From a bacterium (GTDB lineage Bacteria; UBP18; UBA7526), in NCBI GenBank assembly GCA_030616365.1, contig JAUWXM010000001.1:1-52362 (forward strand): 52,362 bases of DNA, in the 5' to 3' direction. The notes under the pieces were generated by a model. The model had not been told where the DNA came from. It worked only from the letters and a program-made list of their open reading frames with translations, and did not search any database. This document shows positions 14,144 through 24,000 of this stretch, piece after piece. The position numbers and the translations under genes are program-made. The stretch's first letter is position 1. The number at the start of each line of letters is the position of its first letter.

Positions 14144-16218
14144 GAATACATCTGAGATGGATAATGGGCGGTTTAACGGTCCTTTTAATCCTGGGAATGG
14201 TAGGAGGTATTCTCCTTGCCCAGGAGGAAGAGGCCTATTCACCTGAAGAAGAGGCCGCCTATTCACCAGAGGAGGTCATCCCGGTTGTGGAACCCGTGGT
14301 TCCGGTTCCCGCCAGGCCAACCAATGCTGTTCAGAATATTGAGGTGGTAGATTTACCGGAGAAGGTGAGAATCATCATCCATACCACCCAGCCGGCAGAG
14401 TATATTATCGGTAAGCTCTATAAGCCAAAGATGCTCTATATCGATATCTTAAACTCGGTGAACGACCTCCCCAGAAAAAGGTTCCGGGTGAAGAAGGGAC
14501 CAGTAAAGAGGATAAGATCCAGCCAGTACCATGTCCTTCCCACAGAGATTTCAAGGATTGTGATAGACCTTGATAAGTGGGTGAAGCATGAGGTAGCGAA
14601 AGAAGGGAATAAGTTATACTTAGAGTTCTATAAACCAGAGGTCTTAATGGCCAAGGCCCCACCAGAGGAGAAGGCCCCTCCCGAGGAAGAGAAGGTCCCC
14701 CCTGAAGAAGAGGAGAAGGCTCCCCCTCCTGGGGAAAGGTTAATCAGCCTCTCTTTTACTGATGCTCCTATGTCTGCGGTATTGAACTTCCTGGCCGAGA
14801 TGAGTGGCTACAATATCGTGGCCAGCGCTGAAGTAATTGAGGGAACGGTGACCATAAACCTGAAGGATGTTCCGGTCATGACCGCTCTGGATATCATACT
14901 GAAGACCAAGGATCTGTGGTATACCGAGGAGAAGAATATCATCATGGTTCTGACCATGACCGAGTTCCTGGAGAGCATCAAGGCCAAGGCAGAACTCACC
15001 AAGATCTATCCCCTGCAGCATGCCATTGCTGAGGATTTGGCCCAGACCCTGAACGAGGTCCTGGGAGGAGCGGTGAAAAGGGAAATTTCCCCAAAAATCA
15101 AAACCGTATATGTCGATACCCCTCACGCAATAGAGGCCATGAAGTCGGTTTCCTTCACGGGGAAGACCTTTGTCATTCCGGAGAAAAGGACCAACTCCCT
15201 CATCATCACTACCGATACTCCCTCCAACTTTATCATGCTTGAGATGCTCATTAAGAAACTCGATACCCCCACCCTTCAGGTGCTAATCGAGACCCAGATC
15301 GCAGAAGTGAAATTAACCGACCAGTTTAAATTTGGAATAACCTGGCTCTGGAGGAAGATGGGCATTGAGCCCGCCCTTGATGCCCAAGGCATTATGAGGT
15401 TCGATGACGCCGAAACTATGCTCTCTGAGGTCGAGGGGATGACATTCACGGGAACCAGAAGGATGTATGATCCCGCGACTGGAGAATGGATTAATGTTTA
15501 CTTCGAGGACAAACCCTATCCAATGAAGACAATTAGCCCCCTAACCACGGAGAGCATGGCGGGTTATAATTTTCTCATTCTCAACAGGCACCTGGATGTG
15601 CTACTTCAGCTGACAAGAAGCATCTCAGATCTTGATATTGTCTCCAATCCCAAGATTGTGACCGCCAATCACATCGGAGGTCATATCTTTGTCGGCGAAA
15701 GGATCCCCATTATATACGGTACCGGTAGAGGTCAGTGGACCTGGAAGTGGGAGGAGGTGGGAGTGACCCTCGATGTCACCCCTCACATCAACGACCAGGG
15801 GGAGACCACCCTGGAAACAAGGACCCACGTGAGTGAGCTTGGAGAGTATCGTACTCTTTATGATGTCCCCTCCATCATTACCCGAACGGTGTCTACCAAG
15901 GTAGTGGTGCCCAGTGGCTATACCCTGATCATCGGAGGGATGATGAGGAATAAGGTAACCGTAGGCAGAACCGGGATCCCGGGACTGATGAGAATCCCCC
16001 TCCTTAAGTATCTCTTCAGCAGCAAGACAGAAGATAAGGAAAAGGTGGAGTATATCTTCTTCCTTACCCCGCGGATCATAATGGCGGGAAGGGAGGTAAG
16101 ACCAGAAGATATCCCAGCGATGAGCGAGGCACCTACCCGATTAGAATCCTCTCCTCCCGCCGAGGTGAGGGAGATTAAACCCATTAAGGAGAAAGAGAAA
16201 AGCAAAAAGAGGAAGTAA
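14140..16218 (+). CDS. pilQ: Type IV pilus secretin PilQ with an N-terminal AMIN domain
   Basis: AMIN domain (VQNIEVVDLPEKVRIIIHT...SRIVIDLDKW...KLYLEFY). N0/STN domain (ISLSFTDAPMSAVLNFLAEMSGYNIV). Secretin core (VSNPKIVTANHIGGHIFVG...GVTLDVTPHINDQG...GIPGLMRIPLLKYLF). Confidence 0.9.
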   Translation: MRIHLRWIMGGLTVLLILGMVGGILLAQEEEAYSPEEEAAYSPEEVIPVVEPVVPVPARPTNAVQNIEVVDLPEKVRIIIHTTQPAEYIIGKLYKPKMLYIDILNSVNDLPRKRFRVKKGPVKRIRSSQYHVLPTEISRIVIDLDKWVKHEVAKEGNKLYLEFYKPEVLMAKAPPEEKAPPEEEKVPPEEEEKAPPPGERLISLSFTDAPMSAVLNFLAEMSGYNIVASAEVIEGTVTINLKDVPVMTALDIILKTKDLWYTEEKNIIMVLTMTEFLESIKAKAELTKIYPLQHAIAEDLAQTLNEVLGGAVKREISPKIKTVYVDTPHAIEAMKSVSFTGKTFVIPEKRTNSLIITTDTPSNFIMLEMLIKKLDTPTLQVLIETQIAEVKLTDQFKFGITWLWRKMGIEPALDAQGIMRFDDAETMLSEVEGMTFTGTRRMYDPATGEWINVYFEDKPYPMKTISPLTTESMAGYNFLILNRHLDVLLQLTRSISDLDIVSNPKIVTANHIGGHIFVGERIPIIYGTGRGQWTWKWEEVGVTLDVTPHINDQGETTLETRTHVSELGEYRTLYDVPSIITRTVSTKVVVPSGYTLIIGGMMRNKVTVGRTGIPGLMRIPLLKYLFSSKTEDKEKVEYIFFLTPRIIMAGREVRPEDIPAMSEAPTRLESSPPAEVREIKPIKEKEKSKKRK

Positions 16219-16323
16219 CAGCACAGATTAGCGCGGATGAAAAAAGACACGGATGAGTACGGATTAAATCTGTGCTAATCAGTTTTAATTAATCAGTGCT
16301 AATCAGTGTCTAAAGGAGGTAAG

Positions 16324-17532
16324 ATGAAAAGAAGACTAATAAAAAGTAGTTTAATTCTTATGCTCATGCTAGTCATTTTAGCATCCACTGGCTACTCTTT
16401 GAGTCGGGAGGCAAGGAAACATAGGGATTTGGGCTACCAGTATTATGAACAGAGAAAATTCAGAGAGGCGGCCAAGGAATTAGAGAAAGCCATGGAATTG
16501 GGCGATGCTGGAGCGCGCACCACTATCTGGCTACAGAATTGCTACCAGGAAATTAGAAAAACAATTAAACTCATTACGGAACAGTCGCTCAAGGAAGCGA
16601 TTACCCAGAACCCGGATGATATCCAGGCCCACTGGCAGCTCGCCTTCTTATACAAAAAGAGGGGTTATACTAGTATGGCGGCTGATGAGTTTAAAGAAGT
16701 GATCAGAATAAACCCCCGCGTCACCGAGGCCTATTACCAGTTAGGGAGTTACTATGAAAGCATTAATAACCCAGAGGAGGCGATTAGGGAGTATGAGAAG
16801 GTCTTAGAGATAGAGCCCAGTTATAGTAAGAAGGGGAGAGTTCAGGGAGCACTCTTTACTCTCTACTATAATCAGGGAGTAGATTACTACAACGAAAGAA
16901 GATTTCAGGAGGCAAGAGAAGAATTTCAGAAAGCCCTAAAGATCAAACCACAAGACAAAAAAGCCCAGGCGATGCTTAAGGAAACAAAGCCTCATCTGGA
17001 GCCCGTAGTTGTCCCAGAGATTTCTGGCAAGACCCAGGATTATCTGGATAAAGGAGTCAGCTACTATAATTTTGGCCAGCATGACGCGGCTATTGCTGAG
17101 TTTCAAAAGGCAATTAAGATAGAACCCCGGTCTTTAGATGCCCATCTCTACTTGGCCTGGGTCTATGAGAAGAAGGGAGAGCAGAAGAAGGCCATTAGGG
17201 AGTATCAAAAAGTAACCGAGATCGATCCCGATCATCTGGATACCCATTATCGGTTGGGAATCTATTATGATAGTGTAGGCAGGAAGGCGGAGGCTATAAA
17301 AGAGTATGAAAAGGTTCTATCTTTGAAACCGCGTAAGGAGAAACTTGAGAAAATCTCCCCGGTTCTCTATGCCTTCTACTATGAACAGGGGATAAAGTCC
17401 TATAAGAAGGGGAAATACCAACAAGCAAAAGAGAGTTTCCAGAAAGCGCTGAAGGTCAAACCGGGTGATTCCGAGGCTACTGAGATGCTTTCTACAGTGA
17501 AGATGTTTATCGAGGAGAAAGGAAAAGAGTAA
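16324..17532 (+). CDS. Exported TPR-repeat protein (PilF/PilW-like candidate)
   Basis: Signal peptide MKRRLIKSSLILMLMLVILAST. Multiple TPRs (AIREYEKVLEIEP, AREEFQKALKIKP, AIAEFQKAIKIEP, and others). SD aaggagg before ATG 16324; the ORF track opens at GTG 16306. Confidence 0.7.
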   Translation: MKRRLIKSSLILMLMLVILASTGYSLSREARKHRDLGYQYYEQRKFREAAKELEKAMELGDAGARTTIWLQNCYQEIRKTIKLITEQSLKEAITQNPDDIQAHWQLAFLYKKRGYTSMAADEFKEVIRINPRVTEAYYQLGSYYESINNPEEAIREYEKVLEIEPSYSKKGRVQGALFTLYYNQGVDYYNERRFQEAREEFQKALKIKPQDKKAQAMLKETKPHLEPVVVPEISGKTQDYLDKGVSYYNFGQHDAAIAEFQKAIKIEPRSLDAHLYLAWVYEKKGEQKKAIREYQKVTEIDPDHLDTHYRLGIYYDSVGRKAEAIKEYEKVLSLKPRKEKLEKISPVLYAFYYEQGIKSYKKGKYQQAKESFQKALKVKPGDSEATEMLSTVKMFIEEKGKE

Positions 17533-17538
17533 GAAGAG

Positions 17539-18771
17539 ATGCCAAAAAAGTTCGCTCTGAGATTAGAAGATAGGCTCATCATCCTGGTGGTGGTCCTGAT
17601 CCTCGCCATCATGACTGCCGTAACTATAGTTATCATCAGACATGAGCAGCAGGGGTCGGAACTGAACTTGAGGGTCAAGGCAAAGGCCCATTCCGAGATC
17701 TTGGCAATAAGCAATGTGGAACAACTCCTCAAGAAGGACTACGTCGCCCTGGGGAGTGCGGTAGAAGAGGTAATCAAGAGGGATCCGGATATTGCCTATG
17801 TTGCCATCTATGATGAGGATGGTCACACCATGGCACGCAGCCGCAGCGCCGTCCTAAGCGAGGAGACCTTCCAATCAATCAATAGACTACTCAAGGAATC
17901 CATTAAGATTACCCTGGCGAGCAAGATGGAGAAGATCCAGATAGGAAAGGGAGAAGCCCTCTATGATACTATTGTTCCCATCAAGGTTCCTGAGTTGAAG
18001 ATAGCGCCAGTAGGGGCGGTGCGCATCGGGTTCACCACGGCGCGCATCCAGGAGAAGGCTAACGAGATCCGGAATCGGAGTATCATGCTTACTGTGATCT
18101 TCGTCTGTCTGGGTATGGTGGGGGCCCTAATTTTGGGAAAGATAATGAATAAGCAGATCAGCCAGGAGATCGCTGCCCGCACCGCCTCCCGGGAAGAGCC
18201 TGTTCCGGGAGGGGAATACGATCTGGAGAAGGAACTGAAAAAGTATCTCCCGGAGTATGGGGACAGATTCGATGAAGCATACAAAAAACTCTCCCCCCAA
18301 GATCTCTTTGCTCTCTTCAAGGCAGCCAGGGAGATACCGACTGCCCTGCATCTCAAAGAGGCCCTAAGACTCAGCGCCCAGACCATCTCGGACCTCATGA
18401 AGGTCTCGGAACTCATCATCTTCTTACACGATGAGAAGACTAAGGAATTGAAGGCTAGGATGGGCTATGACGCCCAAGGTTCCATGAGTAAAGAGGCTTT
18501 AGAAGACATCAAGGTAGAGGAAGGAAGGGGGGAGGTCTGGATGGCCTCGGAGTTCGGAACCTCCTCTCTCATTGATACTCCCAAGCCAGGAAGTGGCATC
18601 GTCTCCCCCTTAGCGAGCAAGGGAAAGACCGTGGGAGTGATTGAGGTCAGGAACCGGCTGTCCGGGGAGCCCTTCAGAGAGAAAGATCAATTACTCTTAG
18701 AACTTCTTGGGGGACTCATCGCTACTTCCATTGAGAAGGCGCAGGCCATAGAAGAGAGAAAGAAGAAATAG
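17539..18771 (+). CDS. Two-TM membrane protein with a periplasmic loop and a cytoplasmic GAF-like domain; no recognisable output domain
   Basis: TM1 LIILVVVLILAIMTAVTIVII and TM2 IMLTVIFVCLGMVGALILG. C-terminal ELIIFLHDEKTKELKA...GKTVGVIEVRN...FREKDQLLLELLGGLIATSIE fits a GAF fold. Confidence 0.5.
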   Translation: MPKKFALRLEDRLIILVVVLILAIMTAVTIVIIRHEQQGSELNLRVKAKAHSEILAISNVEQLLKKDYVALGSAVEEVIKRDPDIAYVAIYDEDGHTMARSRSAVLSEETFQSINRLLKESIKITLASKMEKIQIGKGEALYDTIVPIKVPELKIAPVGAVRIGFTTARIQEKANEIRNRSIMLTVIFVCLGMVGALILGKIMNKQISQEIAARTASREEPVPGGEYDLEKELKKYLPEYGDRFDEAYKKLSPQDLFALFKAAREIPTALHLKEALRLSAQTISDLMKVSELIIFLHDEKTKELKARMGYDAQGSMSKEALEDIKVEEGRGEVWMASEFGTSSLIDTPKPGSGIVSPLASKGKTVGVIEVRNRLSGEPFREKDQLLLELLGGLIATSIEKAQAIEERKKK

Positions 18772-18801
18772 CCCTCCTGAGCCCAGGCAGGGAAAGTAAT
18801 T

Positions 18802-18829
18802 AAAAAAAAGGGGGGAAACCCCCCTTTTT
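18802..18829 (+). terminator. Rho-independent terminator (bidirectional type)
   Basis: A8-GGGGGG-aaa-CCCCCC-T5, 30 nt after the stop at 18771. Confidence 0.85.
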
Positions 18830-18867
18830 AATATCAAGAATAGTCAGCATAGAGGAAAGAAAGGGAA

Positions 18868-20493
18868 ATGATTCGCTTTGAGAAGATAATCCCCCTTATC
18901 CAGAAGTTTATCAGTGATCTTTTACTCCGGGGAGCAGTGAGATTAAGTTATGCTAAAATCAGCACCTACAGTCAGTGCCCCTTAAAGTATAAGTACCAGT
19001 ATATTGAGAAAAGACCCACCAAACCCAGTCCTTACTTAGACTTTGGCTCCACCATCCATAATACCCTAAGGGATTATCACAGAGACTTTGACCCTAAGCA
19101 AGCTAAGTTAGAGGGTCTGATGGCTGCTTATCAGAGGAACTGGATTGCTAAGGCCTATAATCAGGATAAAGAGGAAGAAGAGGCCTTCAGGGAACGCGGT
19201 AGACGCATCCTGGAGGCCTATTATGAGAAGGCCAAGGTAGACCCTAATCAAATCTTATACCTTGAGGAGTTCTTTCGGGTGAAGATCGGGGATTATGAAC
19301 TGGTGGGGAAGATAGACAGAATAGATAGGCTCCCTGATGGGGGATGGGAGATTATCGATTATAAGACTTCCCCTAAGGTCAAGGATGAGAGTGAATTGGA
19401 GAGCCCCCTCCATCCCACTGAGGTCCAGGAGACCCTGCAGCTCGATATCTATTATATTGCCTGCCAGGAGAACTGGAGGAGGGAACCGAAGAGGCTCTCT
19501 ATCTACTACCTTGCTGCCCAGGAGAACGGTCAATATCGACCGCGCAAGGTAAGCGTCTCCCGTAGCGGGGGAGAGGCCCCAAGAATAAAAGCCCTTAAAC
19601 GGGCCATCCACAATATCGCCCAGGGCATCCAGAAGGAGGACTTCTCGCCCAAGATCGGCCCCCTCTGTGGCTGGTGCGATTATAAAGAGCTCTGCCCGGA
19701 GTTCAAGGAGATCCCGGATGCTAAGGAGAGGTTGCGCCTCAGTTACTCCAAGATGAGTATGTTCCAGAGATGCCCCGCTCAGTATAAGGCGGTCTATATC
19801 GATAAGCTTCCCATGAAGCCCAAGTTCTTCTTTTCCTTTGGCTCCAGCATCCATGCTACTTTTGAGGAGTTCTACGATTATGATGGTCTCTTCACCACAC
19901 CCTCCCTGCGCTACCTCTTGAAACTCTATAATAAGCACTGGATCCCGGTCGGTTATCGGGATAAGAAAGAGGAGGAGAGGTACTATCAGGATGGGCTGAA
20001 GATGATGAAGGATTACTACCAGAAATTCATCAAGAAAGGCTTCCAGCGAGCCAGGTATTTAGAGAAGTACTTTGAGTTACCTATTGGGCAGAAAGCCATT
20101 ATGAGCGGTTATATGGACCGGGTGGACGAACTTCCCGATGGTAGCCACATATTAATCGATTACAAGACCGAGCCCCGCGAGCCTACCCAGGAGGACTTGG
20201 ATAACGACCTCCAGTTTACCACCTACTACTGGGCGGCCCCCATTGTCCTGGGCTTCACCTTCGATCATTTATACTTCGATTACCTGAGGTTTGGCAAGAG
20301 ATTCGAGACCAAAAGAACCCAGGAGGATATGGAGCGGCTCATCATTACTGTGGACCAGGCAGCAGAGGATATCCGACTGGCTACAGAACTGAATGATTTT
20401 CCCAGAAAGATGAATAAATACTGCGTAAGCTGCGACTTAGAGTGCCCCTACCAGGAAGAAGCAATAAAGATATACGGAGACTTAGAGGTCTAA
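18868..20493 (+). CDS. Tandem double PD-(D/E)XK (RecB/Cas4/AddB-type) nuclease, each half with a 4-Cys cluster
   Basis: Half 1: QCPLKYKY, GKIDRIDRLPDGGWEIIDYKTS, LQLDIYY, CGWCDYKELC. Half 2: RCPAQYKA, GYMDRVDELPDGSHILIDYKTE, LQFTTYY, CVSCDLEC. Confidence 0.8.
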   Translation: MIRFEKIIPLIQKFISDLLLRGAVRLSYAKISTYSQCPLKYKYQYIEKRPTKPSPYLDFGSTIHNTLRDYHRDFDPKQAKLEGLMAAYQRNWIAKAYNQDKEEEEAFRERGRRILEAYYEKAKVDPNQILYLEEFFRVKIGDYELVGKIDRIDRLPDGGWEIIDYKTSPKVKDESELESPLHPTEVQETLQLDIYYIACQENWRREPKRLSIYYLAAQENGQYRPRKVSVSRSGGEAPRIKALKRAIHNIAQGIQKEDFSPKIGPLCGWCDYKELCPEFKEIPDAKERLRLSYSKMSMFQRCPAQYKAVYIDKLPMKPKFFFSFGSSIHATFEEFYDYDGLFTTPSLRYLLKLYNKHWIPVGYRDKKEEERYYQDGLKMMKDYYQKFIKKGFQRARYLEKYFELPIGQKAIMSGYMDRVDELPDGSHILIDYKTEPREPTQEDLDNDLQFTTYYWAAPIVLGFTFDHLYFDYLRFGKRFETKRTQEDMERLIITVDQAAEDIRLATELNDFPRKMNKYCVSCDLECPYQEEAIKIYGDLEV

Positions 20494-20584
20494 AGGAGAA
20501 TAACGCAGAAACGCTGAAGGAGTAGAAGCGCAGAGGCGCCAAAATAAGAAGGGGTTCTGTTTTCTCTGCGTTTTTCAGTTCCAT

Positions 20585-20611
20585 TTTGCGTTTCGGCGGT
20601 TGCAAGGGAGG
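20585..20611 (+). promoter_or_regulatory. Conserved SD-fused box, ttttgcgtttcggcggttgcaagggagg
   Basis: Same box as at 26611-26632, 28953-28983 and 36722-36749, with a degenerate copy at 50077-50095. It ends in the Shine-Dalgarno sequence, 9 nt before ATG 20621. Confidence 0.6.
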
Positions 20612-20620
20612 ATAGAGAAG

Positions 20621-20788
20621 ATGAGAACCATGGAGCGCCGGGATATTCTGCGTCTCTTGCTAGTAACTTTCTTGGTCGGTTTTGTAGTATTAATCGTGGC
20701 CAAATTCAAGAGGGACTTTGCTTACGATATAAAGAGCAACCTGCGCAGCAACCGCAACTACTATCCTGCAGTCCAGGTGGAGAAATAA
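20621..20788 (+). CDS. Small single-TM protein (55 aa), unknown function
   Basis: MRTMERRDILRLLLVTFLVGFVVLIVAKFKRD... follows the conserved box. The ORF-track start at TTG 20600 lies inside the box. Confidence 0.45.
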   Translation: MRTMERRDILRLLLVTFLVGFVVLIVAKFKRDFAYDIKSNLRSNRNYYPAVQVEK

Positions 20789-20882
20789 GAACCTGCGCTA
20801 CGCGCAGAACCTTGTTTCTTCGTTAACACTCAGAAATAAGAAAGCCTTTCGCTATCGCTCAAGAACCTTGTTTTGCTTATTG
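20782..20882 (+). repeat. Two tandem copies of the AATAAGAAAGCC-hairpin-AGAACCTTGTT element
   Basis: Copy a is 20782-20824 (hairpin ctgcgc-tac-gcgcag). Copy b is 20833-20882. Copy a supplies the TAA stop of the upstream small ORF. Confidence 0.75.
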
Positions 20883-21028
20883 AAGTTCCGATACCTCAAA
20901 ATAGATTTAGAGTAATAGTGATCAGTGATCGGTAATCGGTCAGTTAAAAAAATTAACTATTCAACATTTTAACTCATTAACTTGTTAACTTATCAACTTG
21001 TTAACTATCCGAGCAAAGCGAGGGTGAG

Positions 21029-24000
21029 ATGGTTGAGGCCTATGGAGCAAAGCCAATTGAGGAGAAACCAACTGGTAAGGGGATGGGATTAAAGGAGAAG
21101 AAAATAATCCTCTGCTGCTGGATCTTCATCTTAGGGGTGGCCTTGGCCACGGCCTTCTTCCATGGGGTTAGTTTTCGGGGCCGGGAGATTATTCCTCCCG
21201 AATCCTTCCTCATCCTCCCCCAATATCTCCCCATGGCCTGGGTTGCGGTTGTTCTTCTGGCGGCTCTGACCGCCTTTTTCTTTTATAGGAAGATGAGATG
21301 GGCCACTCATTCCTTACTCATCTTAGCCCTCCTCTTGAGTATCGCTTGCTATACCAATAAGGTAGATACCTCCCCTCCCAATCATCTAGTCCGTTTCCTG
21401 AGCAAGGATTTTGGGGAGAAGAGGGTGGTCATAGGAAAGATCTGGAAAGAGCCCGAGGTAAGGTATCATACCGATCCGGAAACAGGGAAGATGGAGCAGA
21501 AAGATACCCGAATCCTCATACGACCCACTAAGATTCAACTCGAACCCCCGGATGGCCCTTTCTATAAAGTCAAGAGAGGAGATATCTTAGTAAAGATCGT
21601 TCCCATGATTGGATGGGAAATCTATAACAGGCTATCCTCATCCGAGGCCCTGGGCTATACCGTCAAGTTACACGCTCCGCTACTTGAACCGCAACCCGCT
21701 ACCAATCCGGGAACCTTTGACTATAAAAAATACCTGACCAATAGCGGGGTCTATGCCACTTCCCCGCTCACCTATCCCAGTAGATGGGCCCCTCCCATTG
21801 AGATTCTGAAGGAGACCAGGGGAAGACTCTGGGTAGAGACCGCCCTGTTTATCAAGAAGAGGATGCTTACGCTCATTAAGAAGAGCATGCCCTATCCAGA
21901 GAGTGCCTTCCTGGGTGGGGTTACTCTGGGTCTGCGCCATGGACTGATGAAGCTCCATTATCAAGGTCATCCCTTAAGTGTGGAGAATGCCTTCAAGTGG
22001 TCAGGGACCTTCCATGTCTTGGCGGTCTCTGGCCTTCACGTAACGGTAATCGCTGGCCTCCTCTTCGGCCTCTCCCTTCTTCTGATCAAGTCAAGAGAGA
22101 AAGCGGCGGCCCTCACCCTCTTCTTCATGATCTTTTTCGCCCTGATGATATTCACCGCCCTTACCGGGGCCCGTCCCTCCACCATGCGCGCCTTCATCAT
22201 GGTCTCCATCGCCCTCCTTCTCTGGGCAATGGGTATTGGTCTGCGCTACTCCATCCTTCTATCCATCCCCATTGCGGGCACCGCCATCCTTCTCCTCAAC
22301 CCCCTGGTCCTGACCGAGGCCAGTTTCACCCTCTCCTTCGGTGCTGTTTTATCCTTAGGGCTGATTACCGGCCCCACTATGAAGTATTTAAGGCGGAAGG
22401 ACCTGAAGGGTCTACCTTCCGTAGCTCTTTTAGCTCTTGCCCTTATCTTTCCCATTATCTCCTATTTCCATAAAGAGGCCTTCAAAGAACTCTACACTAC
22501 CGGACAGTTCATCATCCTCGCTTTCCTACTTCTGGTACTCTCCTACGTCATTCAGAGACGCTATCGCTTTGGAAGGTTCCGGAGGGTAGAGAATATTATT
22601 ACCTATCGTGAGAAGCAGGGGGGCTTTAAGAGCATAGAGGAACTTGCTCAGGTTCCGGGCATAGATAGAGGAACTTCCTTAAGACTCAAGAAAAAGATGG
22701 AGAAGCCGGGGAAAGATATTAATACCATCTCTCCCTACGCCTTAGAGAATTTAATGCCGGGAGGACCCCTCTTCAGGTTTGGCCTGGGCAGTGGGAACCC
22801 CTTCTTTCTTGCCCGGTGGTTCTTTGCTTTCCTCTGTGCCCAGGTAGCCATTAACTTAGGGATGATGCTCCCCCTCTCCCTCTACTACTTCAAGCACATT
22901 CCCTATGCCGGTCCCTATGCCAACTTCATGGCTATTCCTCTGATTACCACTATCATCCCTTTAGGGATAATGGCGGGCATCCTGGGGATGATTATCCCTG
23001 GCTTGGGTCAGTACTTAGCCTTACTCATCAATGCGGGCAACTGGCTTCTGGTTAGATTCTTCCTCTGGCTTTCCTATACCGCCACCAATATCTTCCGCTA
23101 TCCTTTTGAGAAAACCCCTACGGTCTATCAGTTAGCTGGCTATTTCTCCCTCCTTCTGGTCTATGTTTATTTCGATGACCTGCATGGTCGTCTGGTCCGT
23201 GGGAGATTTAAGGAGAAGATGCGTGCCGGGATAATCATGGGCCTCGTTGCCCTCCTCTTCTTCATCGGTTCTCTATCCGCCCAGAGAAAGCCTCTTCTGA
23301 AGGTCCTCTATCTCTCCGTGGGATATGGGGACTCCATCTTAATCCAGACCCCCCAGGGAAAGAATATCCTCATTGATGGGGGATACCCCAGCCCCGACTG
23401 GGAGACCATCGCCCCGGTCTTAGTGAAGGAGGGGATTAAGAGATTGGATACCGTATTACTCACCAATCCCAGCCTGGAACATATGGGAGGATTGATCTCC
23501 GTCATTAAGAACTTTGAGGTCAACCAATTCATCGATAGCCTGGGTCCTGACCGGGTGAGCCCAGATATCTCCTATGATGAATTCCTCACCCTCTTAAATG
23601 AGAAGTATTTTTTGGAGAATAGAGATAAAGAATATGTCCGAGAGACCTATGAGACCTATCTAAAACTCTTAAGAGTCCTGAAGGAGAGGATGGTCATCCA
23701 TAAGAAGGGGAGCTATGGGACAATCATCGCTAAAGAGAGATTCCGGGGTAAGGATTTAGAGTTCTATATCCTGAACCCCATGGAACCTAAGATCGATTAT
23801 GCCTACTCCAACCTCTCGGCCAATTCCATAGTGACCAGGCTCATCTATGGTAATAACACCTTTTTATTTACCTCCAACCTTGGCCCAGAAGGAGAAGCGA
23901 GATTAGTGGCTTCCGGGAATGTCTTAAGAGGCGCCATTTTACAGATTCCCGCTCATGGGAACATCCATTCCAGCACCTCTGGTTTCTTAAGGGCGGTCAA

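Noticed and set aside
19255-19938. Long minus-strand ORFs (for example 19255..19938, 50603..51337, 38631..39182, 10618..11178, 3733..4218, 33191..33577)
   Set aside because: Each lies fully antisense within a + strand gene that has strong motif support (nuclease, rho, CapA, PilP-like, pseudopilin, and others). Their translations are low-complexity with no recognisable motifs.
18868-20493. Anti-phage defence system or toxin-antitoxin module centred on the PD-(D/E)XK nucleases
   Set aside because: No adjacent helicase, methyltransferase, ATPase, antitoxin-sized partner or mobile-element hallmark is present. The genomic context (pilus/ComEC on one side, polA for the paralogue) fits DNA processing better. 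This cannot be excluded without searches.
20789-21028. tRNA, SRP RNA, tmRNA or other known small RNA genes in the larger spacers (20789-21028, 29658-29937, 42614-42797, 49239-49361)
   Set aside because: No cloverleaf with a T-loop GTTCRA-type motif and no SRP/tmRNA signature sequences were recognisable. The spacers are dominated by word repeats. A tRNAscan/Infernal run is still advisable.
21997-22473. 158-aa + strand ORF in an alternative frame inside ComEC-1
   Set aside because: It overlaps the conserved competence membrane domain. Its proline/arginine/histidine-rich translation is typical of an off-frame reading of hydrophobic-helix codons.
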